A stretch of DNA of 64,000 nt from Pseudomonas aeruginosa PAO1 (GCF_000006765.1 NC_002516.2), one strand, 5' to 3'. Positions 23,446-35,246 are shown, counted from the first letter of the stretch. A program made the numbers and translations. Notes: generated by a model from the letters alone, not told the origin.

Positions 23446-26205
23446 TCAGGCCAGGCGCTCCAGCAACTCGCGGGCTTCCGCCTGCTGGCTGTCATTACCT
23501 TCGGCCAGGACTTCGTCGAGGATATCGCGCGCGCCTTCGCTATCGCCCATGTCGATGTAGGCGCGAGCCAGATCCAGCTTGGTCGCCGCTTCGTCGGCAC
23601 CGGAGAGGAAGTCGAAGTCATCGTCGGCGTCTCCGTCCAGGGCGGAGGCGACCGCTGCATCTTCGGCGGAGAAACTCGGCGTCGCGCTCTTCGGCTCGTC
23701 AAGGTTGCTGGCCAACTCGTCCAACTGCGCACTCACCTCGTCCAACTGGGCGGCGAAACTGTCCTCGCCCTTCTCCGGAGCGGCCGGCTCCGTCGGCTCG
23801 TCGGCCAGCGACAGGTCGAAGTCGTCCGGCAGGGACAACGCCGGCTCTTCGGCAGCCTCGGTATCGAGGGTGAATTCGTTGTCGGCAGGCGCCGCGGCGG
23901 GCACTTCGTCGTTCAGCGAAAGCAGGAAGTCGTCGTCCGAAAGCTTGTCTTCCGGCGCGTCGAGATCCAGGGAGAAATCGCCCAGGTCGTCATGCTTGGG
24001 TTGGCTCGGAGTCTCTGCCAACTCCGCGAAATCCAGGCCGAAGTCGAGATCGTCGACAGGCTTGTCCGCCGGGGTCGAGGCCGCCAGGTCCAGATCGCTG
24101 TCCAGGGTCAGGTCGTCCAGCGCCCCGCTGTCGGACTTGAGGTCGGCCTGCACGTCGTCGCCGCCCAGGTCGTCCAGGCTCAGGTCGAAGGCGTCGTCGA
24201 GATCCTGTCCTGCCGCATCCGGCTTGGCCGCGTGACCGCTGTCGTCGAGCGACAGGTCGTCAAGGCTGAAGCTATCCAGCTCGTCCTGCGCCAGCTTGGC
24301 GCCGGCCAGGCCGGCAACCGCGGCGACCGCGACCATTGCCGGATAGCGCGACTTGAGCTGCTCGACCTGCGGCTGTGCGCCGCCGATTTCGCGCAGCTCG
24401 TTTTCCTGGCGAGCGAAACCTTCGCGATCGCCCATCTCGGCATAGACTTCCATCAGCTTGAGGCGCAGGTCGGTGCGCTGCGGCTCGTCGTAGATGGCGT
24501 TCTGCAACAGTTCGGCGGCCTGGTTGAAACGCCCGTAGGCGATATAGATGTCGGCCTCGCCCAGCGCATCGGAAGTCTGCGCGGTGGTCTTCTCGACCTG
24601 CGGAGCGACGGCTGCGACCTGCGGCTCAGGCTCGTCGAGGGTCAGGTCGTCGAAGCCGTCCTTTCCCAGGTCCAGCGCATCCTCCTGTTCCTCGCCGGTA
24701 TCCGCGGCGAAAGCCTGGGCTTCTTCCTTCTCTTTCTGCGCATTGCGCCGCGACAGGATCATCAGCAGCACCAGCAACGCCAGCAGTGCGCTACCGCCGA
24801 TCACCGCCAACCACAGCGGGTTGGCCAGCAGTTCGTCGAGGAAGCTCGGTGCCGGCTGCTCTGCCGCCTGTACCGGAGCGGGCGCCGGAACGGCAGGTGC
24901 CGGAGGCTTCTCGGCAGCTGGCGCGGGCGGCGGCGCCACCGGAGGCTGCGCCGGAGCGGCGGGTGCTTCTCCGGCTGGAGCAGGAGTCGGCGCTGCCGCA
25001 GCAGGAGTCCCGGGCTGAGCCGGCGCCTGCGCGGCCGCATTGGGCTGGGACGCATCCGGCAGGGCTGCGTTCGGCTGGGCTGCGCCCTGGCCTTCGGCGC
25101 CCAACTGCCCTTGCAGCTTGGCCAACTGGGCGTCCTTCAGCTGGATCAACTTCTGCAGCTTGTCCAACTGGCTCTGCAGATCCTGCATGCGACTCTGCAG
25201 TTCTTCGTTCTCGCGGCGAGTGCTGTCGAGGCTTTCCTTGGTCACCGCCAGGGTATCGGCGATCGCCTTGCTGTCGCCCTTTCCGCCCTTGTCGGCACCC
25301 TTGCTGGCCTTGCCCTCGCCAGACACCAGGCGCAGATTGTCCGTGGCGTCGACCTTGGATGGCGCCGACCCGGCGGCATTGCGCTGGGTCGCATCCAACT
25401 GCCTGGCGCCAGCGCTGCCCGCGGCCGGATTGCGGCTGCCGCGCCAGCTCTGGTTCTGCGCCTGCACCTGGGACAGCGCCTCGCGCGGCGAGCGCTCCAG
25501 CATCTGCTGTTCGGTGGGAATGCGCAGGACCTGGCCGCTCTTCAGCCGGTTGATGTTGCCATCGACGAAGGCGCCCGGATTCAGCTCCTGGAACGCGAGC
25601 ATCGCCTGGGGTACGGAAACGCGATCGGTACGGTTGCGCTGGGCGATCTCCCAGAGCGTGTCGTTGGAAACGGTGCGATAGGTGTCGCTGCCTGCCGGCG
25701 CGGTGGTACGCACCGGAGCCGGAGCCTGCGGGGCTCGCGGGGCGCCGGTCGCGCGCGGCGCGCTGACCGGCGCTTGCGGAGCGCTTGCCGCGGCCTGCGG
25801 GGAGTACAGCGGCGGATCCAGCAGGACGGTGTACTCGCGCAGCAGGCGGCCGTTCGGCCAGAGCACCTGGACCAGGAAGTTCAGGTAGGGCTCCTGCACC
25901 GGCTTCGACGAGGTCACGCGAATGACGCTCTTGCCGTTGGGCTTCACCACCGGCGTGAACTTCAGGTCGGTGAGGTAGTACAGGCGATCGACGCCCGCCT
26001 TGCTGAACTCTTCCGGCGACGCCAGGCTCGGGATCACCTCGCCCGAACCCAGGTCACGAACTTCGAGCAGCTCGATCTCGGCATCCAACGGTTGGTTCAA
26101 CGCCGACTTCAGGGTGATTTCCCCCAGTCCCAATCCATGCGCCATGCCGGAAGTCAGGACCGAGGCCGCCGCGATTGCCCGAACCAGTGTACGAAGCCGA
26201 ACCAT
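23446..26205 (-). CDS. fimV: Polar landmark / type IV pilus protein FimV
   Basis: 919 aa from MVRLRTL; LGEITLKSALNQPL, LysM (DTLWEIA), coiled coil, TM, TPR, acidic region, C-terminal TKLDLARAYIDMGD. Confidence 0.96.
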   Translation of the reverse strand: MVRLRTLVRAIAAASVLTSGMAHGLGLGEITLKSALNQPLDAEIELLEVRDLGSGEVIPSLASPEEFSKAGVDRLYYLTDLKFTPVVKPNGKSVIRVTSSKPVQEPYLNFLVQVLWPNGRLLREYTVLLDPPLYSPQAAASAPQAPVSAPRATGAPRAPQAPAPVRTTAPAGSDTYRTVSNDTLWEIAQRNRTDRVSVPQAMLAFQELNPGAFVDGNINRLKSGQVLRIPTEQQMLERSPREALSQVQAQNQSWRGSRNPAAGSAGARQLDATQRNAAGSAPSKVDATDNLRLVSGEGKASKGADKGGKGDSKAIADTLAVTKESLDSTRRENEELQSRMQDLQSQLDKLQKLIQLKDAQLAKLQGQLGAEGQGAAQPNAALPDASQPNAAAQAPAQPGTPAAAAPTPAPAGEAPAAPAQPPVAPPPAPAAEKPPAPAVPAPAPVQAAEQPAPSFLDELLANPLWLAVIGGSALLALLVLLMILSRRNAQKEKEEAQAFAADTGEEQEDALDLGKDGFDDLTLDEPEPQVAAVAPQVEKTTAQTSDALGEADIYIAYGRFNQAAELLQNAIYDEPQRTDLRLKLMEVYAEMGDREGFARQENELREIGGAQPQVEQLKSRYPAMVAVAAVAGLAGAKLAQDELDSFSLDDLSLDDSGHAAKPDAAGQDLDDAFDLSLDDLGGDDVQADLKSDSGALDDLTLDSDLDLAASTPADKPVDDLDFGLDFAELAETPSQPKHDDLGDFSLDLDAPEDKLSDDDFLLSLNDEVPAAAPADNEFTLDTEAAEEPALSLPDDFDLSLADEPTEPAAPEKGEDSFAAQLDEVSAQLDELASNLDEPKSATPSFSAEDAAVASALDGDADDDFDFLSGADEAATKLDLARAYIDMGDSEGARDILDEVLAEGNDSQQAEARELLERLA

Positions 26206-26373
26206 AGTGTAATCCCTTGGTTTTAATATCTTTTCTCGTTTCACGAGAGGGAGTGCGTCGGTGCTTGCTGTCCGCTCGCCCAGCCATGCATGGACGGACG
26301 CTCCCCGGCAGCAGCGGATCGAACCAGTATTAACAAGCTCGAATAATTCTACAAATCTGTGGGTAAGTATCTT

Positions 26374-27384
26374 TTACAGATAGTGTTTTATCAACAACTC
26401 ACCCAGGAGCACGGCATTCAGCGCGGCACCTTTTCGCACATTATCAGACACAATCCACAAATTGACCTGACAGGGATCAGCCTGCCCCGCCCTCACCCGG
26501 CCGACATAGGTCTCGTCCTGGCCGAGGGCATCGCCGACCACCGTCGGATAATCGCCCTCGCCGACCCATTCGATACCTTTCGTCGCATCGAGGACCCGCG
26601 TCACCGCGGCCAGGTCCACCGGTTCCGCGCACTGCAGGGTCACGCTGAGGCTATCGCCGAAGAATACCGGCGCCTGGATGCAGGTAACGTTCAACGGTCC
26701 GATACGCTCGCCAAGCAAGGCCTGCACCTCCGCGAAGATGCGCCGCTCGATCGCGCTGTGTCCCTCGGCATCCACCGCTCCGACCTGCGCGAGCAGGTTG
26801 AAGGCGATCTGGCGGTCGAAGAGACGCGGCTCCAGGGGGCGCGCATTGAGCAGTTCGGCGGTCTGCCGGGCGAGTTCCTTGACCCCTTCGCGCCCCAGGC
26901 TGGAGACGGAGAGGCAGGCTGTCAGGTTCAGTTGCCGGCAATCCAGCGTGGCCAGGAGTGGCGCCAGCACTTCGCACAGTTCGGCGGCTACGGCGCAAGG
27001 ACTGGACAAAAGGAACGGCGCCGCTTGCGAGGCCAGGCGTTCGGCATTCACCGAAACCATGACCGGCGGTGCGACGCTCGGTTCCAGGGCGCCGCTCAGG
27101 TCGATCACCGAACAACCCGCCGCGCGGGCGCGCTCGGCATGGGCACGCGACACCTCGGCTGCCGCGGCGAAGAAGGCCAGGCCGACACTGGAAAAATCGA
27201 AGCTATCGACATCGCCGACGCGCAGGCTGCTTTCGGCGAAACCCATGCGCTGCCCGGCCGACTCGGCGCTGGCCAGCAGGTGCAAACGATGAAGCGGGAA
27301 GTCGCGTTCGTCGAGGAGACCGACCAGAGCCTCGCCAACCGATCCGGTGGCGCCTACGACTGCGACATTGAGGGGCTGGGACAT
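26374..27384 (-). CDS. Aspartate-semialdehyde dehydrogenase-like protein (Usg-type paralog), probably catalytically altered
   Basis: GATGSVG Rossmann motif and SDNVRKGAA, but SSPCA and FFGDS at the positions of the NC and GH active-site motifs. Confidence 0.85.
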   Translation of the reverse strand: MSQPLNVAVVGATGSVGEALVGLLDERDFPLHRLHLLASAESAGQRMGFAESSLRVGDVDSFDFSSVGLAFFAAAAEVSRAHAERARAAGCSVIDLSGALEPSVAPPVMVSVNAERLASQAAPFLLSSPCAVAAELCEVLAPLLATLDCRQLNLTACLSVSSLGREGVKELARQTAELLNARPLEPRLFDRQIAFNLLAQVGAVDAEGHSAIERRIFAEVQALLGERIGPLNVTCIQAPVFFGDSLSVTLQCAEPVDLAAVTRVLDATKGIEWVGEGDYPTVVGDALGQDETYVGRVRAGQADPCQVNLWIVSDNVRKGAALNAVLLGELLIKHYL

Positions 27385-27485
27385 GGGAAAAGCCTCGGCG
27401 GTCTGCGAAATAGGCGTGGCACTTTACTTGCCCACCTTCGCCCAGGCAATCGAGGCGCCGCCCATTGCGGACGGCGCCGGATCGA

Positions 27486-28598
27486 TCAGCGCTCCAGCAG
27501 GATGCGCAACATGCGCCGCAGCGGCTCGGCAGCGCCCCACAGCAACTGGTCGCCGACGGTGAAGGCGCCGAGATACTGGGAGCCCATGTTCAACTTGCGC
27601 AGGCGCCCGACCGGAACGCTCAGGGTGCCGGTGACGGCGGCCGGGGTCAGCTCGCGCACGCTTACCTCGCGGTGGTTCGGCACCAGCTTGACCCAGGGAT
27701 TGTGCTGGCTGATCAGGCCCTCGATGTCGGTCAGCGGCACATCCTTGTTCAACTTGATGGTCAGCGCCTGGCTGTGGCAACGCATGGCGCCGACGCGCAC
27801 GCAGATACCGTCGACCGGGATCGGGTTCTTGAAGCGGGCAAGGATCTTGTTGGTCTCCGCCTGGGCCTTCCACTCTTCGCGGCTCTGCCCGTTGGGCAGT
27901 TCCTTGTCGATCCAGGGGATCAGGCTGCCGCCCAGCGGCGCGCCGAAATGCTCGGTGGGGAAGGCTTCGCTGCGCAGGGTCTCCGCCACCTTGCGGTCGA
28001 TGTCGAGGATCGCGCTGGCCGGGTTGGCCAGGTCATCCGCCACCGATGCATGGGCGGCGCCCATCTGCTTGAGCAGTTCACGCATGTTCTGCGCGCCGGC
28101 GCCGGAGGCGGCCTGGTAGGTCATGGCACTCATCCACTCGACCAGACCGGCGTCGAACAGCCCGCCCAGGGCCATCAGCATCAGGCTGACGGTGCAGTTG
28201 CCGCCGATGTAGTTGCGGGTGCCGGCGTCCAGAGCCTGGTCGATGACCTTGCGGTTGACCGGGTCGAGGACGATCACCGCGTCGTCTTCCATGCGCAGAC
28301 TGGAGGCGGCATCGATCCAGTAGCCCTGCCAGCCGGCCTCGCGCAGCTTGGGGAATACTTCGCTGGTGTAGTCGCCGCCCTGGCAGGTCAGGATCACGTC
28401 GAGGGTCTTCAGCTCGTCGATGCTGTAGGCGTCCTTCAGCGGAGCGATGTCCTTGCCCACTTCCGGGCCCTGGCCACCGACGTTCGACGTGGTGAAGAAC
28501 ACCGGCTCGATCAGGTCGAAGTCCCGCTCTTCCAGCATTCGCTGCATGAGTACGGAACCCACCATCCCGCGCCAACCGATCAGACCTACACGCTTCAT
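27486..28598 (-). CDS. asd: Aspartate-semialdehyde dehydrogenase
   Basis: [31 protein letters not shown]. Confidence 0.97.
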   Translation of the reverse strand: MKRVGLIGWRGMVGSVLMQRMLEERDFDLIEPVFFTTSNVGGQGPEVGKDIAPLKDAYSIDELKTLDVILTCQGGDYTSEVFPKLREAGWQGYWIDAASSLRMEDDAVIVLDPVNRKVIDQALDAGTRNYIGGNCTVSLMLMALGGLFDAGLVEWMSAMTYQAASGAGAQNMRELLKQMGAAHASVADDLANPASAILDIDRKVAETLRSEAFPTEHFGAPLGGSLIPWIDKELPNGQSREEWKAQAETNKILARFKNPIPVDGICVRVGAMRCHSQALTIKLNKDVPLTDIEGLISQHNPWVKLVPNHREVSVRELTPAAVTGTLSVPVGRLRKLNMGSQYLGAFTVGDQLLWGAAEPLRRMLRILLER

Positions 28599-28667
28599 CG
28601 CAACTACACCTATATGAGAGAAGTGAGCTGGCCGGCAGCCATCATGGCGCCGGCCAAGCCCGTCAGA

Positions 28668-29750
<1,083 letters not shown>

Positions 29751-29808
29751 AACACCCTCTTGTCCTTCATTCATTGAACGGCGGGCATGCGCCGCCGCGA
29801 TCGAACCG

Positions 29809-30570
29809 TCACTCCCGACGCAGCCACAGCACCAGCACGTCGGTGCTGAACGAGCCGTCGTCGGCAATCTCGAAATACTCCCTGACTTCCTCGCCCACCG
29901 CCAGCTGCAGGCTGCGGATCGCCTGGCGGAACACCTCCGGCGTACGCATCCGCTCGACCCACGACTGGAACTCCAGGCGCAGGCGCTGGCGCCGGCTTCC
30001 GGTTACCAGCAGGCCCGCCTCGCCGCTCAGGCGCGCCCACTCGGCCGGCGAGTAGTTGCGCACATGGCTGGTGTCGCGGAGCAGCTCGACGGTCTGCAGG
30101 AAGGTGTCCGGCAAGGCCTGCCCGGGCGCCGCCACGTCGACGAAGATCGCCACCCCGCCGGGCTTGAGCACCCGCCGCACCTCGCGCAGGGCCAGGCCGA
30201 CATCGCGCCAGTGATGGGTGGAATAGCGACTGAAGACGAAATCGAACTCGCCGTCGGCGAAGGGCAGGCTCTCCGCCTTGCCCTGTTCGGTACGGATGTT
30301 CGCCATGCCCCGTTCCGCGGCGCTCTGCGCCACCACGGCGAGCATCTCGGCGGAAAGATCGTAGGCCACCACCTCCCCTGCCAGGGCGGCGACCTGGAAG
30401 CTCACGTGGCCGGCGCCGCAGCCCAGGTCGAGGACCCGCGCTTCCGGGCGCCCGGCCAGGGCGTCGCGCAGCAAGGCGAATTCCTCGCCCTGGGCATGCA
30501 CGGCGCTGCTCAGGTAGGCCGAAGCCTGGGCGCCAAACTGGCGCTGGACAACGTCATCGTGGTCGCTCAT
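29809..30570 (-). CDS. Class I SAM-dependent methyltransferase inside the leu operon
   Basis: 253 aa from MSDHDD; motif [30 protein letters not shown]. Confidence 0.9.
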
Positions 30571-30641
30571 GAACCTACTCCGGGAGAAAAACCGGGCGCA
30601 CCCTGCCCAGGATGCGCCCGGCAAGGGGACTCGCGTGGCGC

Positions 30642-31280
30642 TCAGCGGAACAGCCAGGGCTGCTGCTGGCGGTAGCCGTCCTCGAAGGCACGGATCGCAT
30701 CGGCGTCCTGCAGCGTCAGGCCGATGTCGTCGAGGCCGTTGAGCAGGCAATGCTTGCGGAACGGGTCGACCTCGAAACCCAGCACCTTGCCATCAGGACG
30801 GGTAACGGTCTGCGCCGCCAGGTCGATGGACAACTGGTAGCCTTCGTTCGCCTCGACCTGGCGGAACAGTTCGTCCACCTCGGCCTCGGGCAGGATGATC
30901 GGCAGCAAGCCGTTCTTGAAACTGTTGTTGAAGAAGATGTCGGCATAGCTCGGTGCGATCACCGTGCGGAAACCGTACTCGTCCAGCGCCCAGGGCGCGT
31001 GCTCGCGAGACGAGCCGCAGCCGAAGTTCTCCCGCGCCAGCAGTACGCTGGCGCCCTGGTAGCGCGGCTGGTTGAGGACGAAGTCCGGGTTCAGCGGACG
31101 CTTCGAGTTGTCCTGTCCCGGCTGCCCGACATCCAGGTAGCGCCATTCGTCGAACAGGTTGGGGCCGAAGCCGGTGCGCTTGATCGACTTGAGGAATTGC
31201 TTGGGAATGATCTGATCGGTATCGACGTTGGCGCGATCCAGCGGAGCGACGAGACCGGTCGTCTGGGTATAGGGTTTCAT
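30642..31280 (-). CDS. leuD: 3-isopropylmalate dehydratase small subunit
   Basis: [24 protein letters not shown]. Confidence 0.98.
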   Translation of the reverse strand: MKPYTQTTGLVAPLDRANVDTDQIIPKQFLKSIKRTGFGPNLFDEWRYLDVGQPGQDNSKRPLNPDFVLNQPRYQGASVLLARENFGCGSSREHAPWALDEYGFRTVIAPSYADIFFNNSFKNGLLPIILPEAEVDELFRQVEANEGYQLSIDLAAQTVTRPDGKVLGFEVDPFRKHCLLNGLDDIGLTLQDADAIRAFEDGYRQQQPWLFR

Positions 31281-31291
31281 CTCGGTTCTCC

Positions 31292-32716
31292 TCAGGCGAG
31301 CAATTCGCGGACATCGATGAAGCGGCCGTTGACGGCCGCGGCGGCGGCCATCGCCGGGCTGACCAGGTGGGTACGGCCACCGGCGCCCTGACGGCCCTCG
31401 AAGTTGCGGTTGGAGGTCGAGGCGCAGTGTTCGCCGCTCTCCAGCCGGTCCGGGTTCATCGCCAGGCACATGGAACAGCCCGGCTCGCGCCATTCGAAGC
31501 CGGCCTCGATGAAGATCCGGTCCAGGCCTTCCTTCTCGGCCTGCTCCTTGACCAACCCGGAACCCGGCACCACCAGCGCCTGCTTGATGGTCGCGGCGAC
31601 CTTGCGGCCCCTGGCAACTTCGGCGGCAGCGCGCAGGTCCTCGATCCGCGAGTTGGTGCAGGAACCGATGAATACCCGGTCCAGCTGGATGTCGGTGATC
31701 GCCTGGTTCGGCCGCAGGCCCATGTACTTCAAGGCGCGCTCGATCGAACCGCGCTTGATCGGGTCGCTCTCGCGGGCCGGGTCCGGCACGTTCTGGTCCA
31801 CGGCCAGGACCATTTCCGGCGACGTGCCCCAGCTGACCTGCGGCTTGATCTGCGCGGCGTCCAGCTCGACCACGGTATCGAAGCGGGCATCGGCGTCCGA
31901 CACCAGCCCCTGCCAGCAGGCGACGGCCTGGTCCCATTGCTCGGCGCTCGGCGCGAAGGGCCGGCCCTTCACGTAGTCGATGGTCTTCTGGTCGACGGCG
32001 ACCAGGCCGACGCGGGCGCCCGCCTCGATCGACATGTTGCAGATGGTCATCCGCCCTTCGATGGACAGGTCGCGGATGGCGCTGCCGGCGAACTCGATGG
32101 CGTGGCCGTTGCCGCCGGCGGTGCCGATCCTGCCGATCACCGCGAGGACGATATCCTTCGCCGTGACGCCGGCCGGCAGCCTGCCTTCGACCTTGACCAG
32201 CATGTTCTTCATCTTCTTCGCCACCAGGCACTGGGTCGCCAGCACATGCTCTACCTCGGAAGTGCCGATGCCGTGGGCCAGCGCGCCGAAGGCGCCGTGG
32301 GTGGAAGTGTGCGAGTCGCCGCAGACCACGGTCATCCCCGGGAGGGTCGCGCCCTGCTCCGGACCGACCACATGGACGATGCCCTGGCGCACGTCGTTCA
32401 TCTTGAATTCGGTGATGCCGAAGTCGTCGCAGTTCTCGTCGAGGGTCTGCACCTGCAGGCGCGAGACCTCGTCGGCGATGGCGGCGATGCCGCCCTTGCG
32501 CTCGGTGCGGGTGGTCGGCACGTTGTGGTCCGGGGTGGCGATGTTGGCGTCGATCCGCCACGGCTTGCGCCCGGCCAGGCGAAGACCCTCGAAGGCCTGC
32601 GGCGAGGTCACTTCGTGCAGGATATGGCGGTCGATGTAGATCAGCGCCGAACCGTCGTCGCGCTGCTTGACCAGGTGCATGTCCCAGAGTTTGTCGTAGA
32701 GGGTCTTGCCGGCCAT
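31292..32716 (-). CDS. leuC: 3-isopropylmalate dehydratase large subunit
   Basis: [32 protein letters not shown]. Confidence 0.98.
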   Translation of the reverse strand: MAGKTLYDKLWDMHLVKQRDDGSALIYIDRHILHEVTSPQAFEGLRLAGRKPWRIDANIATPDHNVPTTRTERKGGIAAIADEVSRLQVQTLDENCDDFGITEFKMNDVRQGIVHVVGPEQGATLPGMTVVCGDSHTSTHGAFGALAHGIGTSEVEHVLATQCLVAKKMKNMLVKVEGRLPAGVTAKDIVLAVIGRIGTAGGNGHAIEFAGSAIRDLSIEGRMTICNMSIEAGARVGLVAVDQKTIDYVKGRPFAPSAEQWDQAVACWQGLVSDADARFDTVVELDAAQIKPQVSWGTSPEMVLAVDQNVPDPARESDPIKRGSIERALKYMGLRPNQAITDIQLDRVFIGSCTNSRIEDLRAAAEVARGRKVAATIKQALVVPGSGLVKEQAEKEGLDRIFIEAGFEWREPGCSMCLAMNPDRLESGEHCASTSNRNFEGRQGAGGRTHLVSPAMAAAAAVNGRFIDVRELLA

Positions 32717-32766
32717 CGGGATTTCCTCATCAGCTCATTTCTATGCCCACAGGGCTTGTGAGGATG

Positions 32767-32795
32767 ATCCTATGGCTTGTCTACGAATAACTCAA
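32767..32795 (-). promoter_or_regulatory. sigma70 promoter of leuC
   Basis: TTGAGT-17 bp-TAGGAT on the minus strand. Confidence 0.65.
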
Positions 32796-32817
32796 ATTCA
32801 TATTTTTCATCCAAAGC

Positions 32818-32832
32818 ATTCCCAACAGGAAT
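32818..32832. promoter_or_regulatory. LysR-type T-N11-A palindrome
   Basis: ATTCC-CAACA-GGAAT, centred about 65 bp upstream of the predicted leuC start site. Confidence 0.65.
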
Positions 32833-32878
32833 CCGTTGGCGCTAAGCTCCGGGCAGCCGAAACCAGCGGAGGCCCGCA

Positions 32879-33772
32879 ATGGACCTGAACAGCCTCAACA
32901 CCTTCATCGCCATTGCCGAGACCGGCAGCTTCTCCGAAGCCGGCGAGCGTCTGCACCTGACCCAACCGGCGGTGAGCAAGCGCATCGCCGCCCTCGAACA
33001 GCAGCTCAATGCCCGGCTGTTCGACCGGGTCGGCCGCGAGGTCAACCTCACCGAGGCCGGCCGCGCCCTGCTGCCGCGCGCCTACCAGTTGCTCAACGTG
33101 CTCGACGACACCCGCCGGGCGCTGAACAACCTCACCGGCGAGGTCAGCGGCCGGCTGGTCCTGGCCACCAGCCACCACATCGGCCTGCATCGCCTGCCGC
33201 CGCTGCTGCGCGCCTTCACCCGGGCGCATCCGCAGGTGGCGCTGGATATCCAGTTCCTGGATTCGGAAGTGGCCTACGAGGAGATCCTTCATGGTCGTGC
33301 GGAACTGGCGGTGATCACCCTGGCCCCGGAAACCGCCGAACCGGTGCGCGCAGTCCCGGTGTGGGACGACCCGCTGGACTTCGTCGCCGCCCCGGAGCAC
33401 CCGCTGGCCCGACAGGGCACGGTGTTCCTCGCCGACGTCGCCAAGCACCCCGCGGTATTCCCCGGCGGCAACACCTTCACCCACCACATCGTGCGGCGCA
33501 TGTTCGAAGCCGAAGGGCTGACGCCGAACATCGCCATGAGCACCAACTACCTGGAGACCATCAAGATGATGGTCTCCATCGGCCTGGCCTGGAGCGTGCT
33601 GCCGCGGACCATGCTCGACGACCAGGTGGTGCGCCTGCCGCTGCAGGACATCCAGCTCAGCCGCCAGCTCGGCTATATCCTGCACACCGAGCGGACCCTG
33701 TCGAACGCCGCGCGCGCCTTCATGCGCCTGCTCGACGAACAGGCATTCGGCAACGGCACTCCAGCGGCCTGA
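32879..33772 (+). CDS. LysR-family regulator divergent from leuC
   Basis: N-terminal HTH (FSEAGERLHLTQPAVSKRIAALE). Confidence 0.95.
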   Translation: MDLNSLNTFIAIAETGSFSEAGERLHLTQPAVSKRIAALEQQLNARLFDRVGREVNLTEAGRALLPRAYQLLNVLDDTRRALNNLTGEVSGRLVLATSHHIGLHRLPPLLRAFTRAHPQVALDIQFLDSEVAYEEILHGRAELAVITLAPETAEPVRAVPVWDDPLDFVAAPEHPLARQGTVFLADVAKHPAVFPGGNTFTHHIVRRMFEAEGLTPNIAMSTNYLETIKMMVSIGLAWSVLPRTMLDDQVVRLPLQDIQLSRQLGYILHTERTLSNAARAFMRLLDEQAFGNGTPAA

Positions 33773-33864
33773 AGCGATTCAGGTCGGACGCCACGGGTAG
33801 GCCCTCCCCTCTTCGCCGTCCGCGGCCAGCGCTCACCCGACCTGCATGCCAATGCCCTCGCGAC

Positions 33865-34242
33865 TCAGCCCTCGCCGACCCACGCCTGCACCTCGACCTC
33901 CACGTCGACCCCCAGCGCCAGCCCGGCGGTCACCGTCGAGCGTACCGGCAAGGCCCCCTGCACATGACGCTGGTAGACCTCGTTGAAACCGGCGAAGTGG
34001 GCCATGTCCGACAGCCAGACGGTGACCTTCACCAGTTGGTCGAAACGCGCGCCACAGCTCTCCAGGGTCTCGCCGATGCGTGCCATCACCGCTTCGGTCT
34101 GGGTCTGGATATCGCCACGTACCACCTCGCCGCTCGGACTCATCGGCACCTGTCCGGAAAGAAACAGGAAGCCGCCGGCCCGCACCGCGCGGGAAAAGGG
34201 AAACGGCAGGCTGCTGGGGTAACGCTGGATGTCATCGCTCAT
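33865..34242 (-). CDS. RidA/YjgF/UK114 family protein
   Basis: FSRAVRAGGFLFLSGQVP, conserved Arg in PVRS, VEVEV. Confidence 0.9.
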   Translation of the reverse strand: MSDDIQRYPSSLPFPFSRAVRAGGFLFLSGQVPMSPSGEVVRGDIQTQTEAVMARIGETLESCGARFDQLVKVTVWLSDMAHFAGFNEVYQRHVQGALPVRSTVTAGLALGVDVEVEVQAWVGEG

Positions 34243-34321
34243 CTGGATTGCCTCCTGTTACTGAAGCGCTAGGAAGAAAAGCTTTCGGCCGCGGAATCGG
34301 CGTATTCATGTAGCACTGCGA

Positions 34322-35233
34322 TCAACCCTGGCTCATATCGACGCGCTCCGCCAGAAAGTCCAGGAACGCCCGCACGCGCAGCGGCAGATAGCCGCCCTGG
34401 CCGACGTAGACGGCGTGGACTTCCTCCAGGTCGCCCGGGTTGTATGCCTCGAGCACGGGAATCAGGCGACCGGCGGCTATGTCCTCGCGCACCTGGAACG
34501 CGGCCAGCCGCGCCAGGCCCAGGCCGGCCACGGCCAGACGGCGCAGCGCCTCGCCATCGCTGGCCTGGGCGTTGCCCGACAACGGCACCACGAGTTCCTC
34601 GCCGGCGTCCCGCAGCGGCCAGCCGGAGCGCGTTCGCACATAGTTGGCGCCGAGGCGGTTGTGCCCCAGCAGCGCCTGCGGCGTGGCCGGCATGCCATGC
34701 CGGGCCAGATAGGCCGGCGCACCGACGATCAGCATGCGCGTGCTCCCCAGCTTGCGCGCCACCAGGCTCGAGCTTTTCAGCGGCCCCGCGCGCACGGCCA
34801 CGTCGGTGCGCTGCTCGAGGATGTCGACGACCTCATCGGTCAGCACGATATCCAGCGTCACCTCGGGATGCTGCGCGAGGAACTCGGGCACCAGCGGCAG
34901 CAGGAAGTGATGCCCGAAAGGCACGTTGGCGTTGACTCGCAAGCGCCCACGCGGCGCCGCGTTTTCGCTCGCACACCGCTCGGCTTCCTCCAGATCGGCC
35001 AGGATACGCACCCCGCGCTCGTAGAACGCGCATCCCTCAGGCGTCAGTTGCAATTGACGGGTGGAGCGGTTCAGCAAGCGGGTTCCCAGGCGCTGTTCGA
35101 GCCGGGTGATCAGCTTGCTGACTGCCGAGGGCGTCATGCCGCAACGTCGAGCGGCGGCGGAAAAGCCCCCCGACTCGACGACCCGGGCAAACACCTCCAG
35201 TTCGCCGGAACGGTTGACTTCAAGCCGGGCCAT
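34322..35233 (-). CDS. LysR-family regulator (CrgA/DmlR-like)
   Basis: GGFSAAARRCGMTPSAVSKLITRLE, LLNRSTR. Confidence 0.95.
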   Translation of the reverse strand: MARLEVNRSGELEVFARVVESGGFSAAARRCGMTPSAVSKLITRLEQRLGTRLLNRSTRQLQLTPEGCAFYERGVRILADLEEAERCASENAAPRGRLRVNANVPFGHHFLLPLVPEFLAQHPEVTLDIVLTDEVVDILEQRTDVAVRAGPLKSSSLVARKLGSTRMLIVGAPAYLARHGMPATPQALLGHNRLGANYVRTRSGWPLRDAGEELVVPLSGNAQASDGEALRRLAVAGLGLARLAAFQVREDIAAGRLIPVLEAYNPGDLEEVHAVYVGQGGYLPLRVRAFLDFLAERVDMSQG

Positions 35234-35246
35234 GGCGCCCTGCCTG

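Noticed and set aside
22600-26226. 1208-aa plus-strand ORF, and other long antisense ORFs (e.g. 12333-14339, 27465-29777, 48596-50584)
   Set aside because: They mirror well-supported genes on the opposite strand. High-GC codon bias suppresses antisense stops; no SD or recognisable motifs.
32770-32815. Short ORF MLWMKNMNLSYS upstream of leuC as an attenuator leader
   Set aside because: Only two non-adjacent Leu codons, it overlaps the predicted promoter, and no terminator/antiterminator follows.
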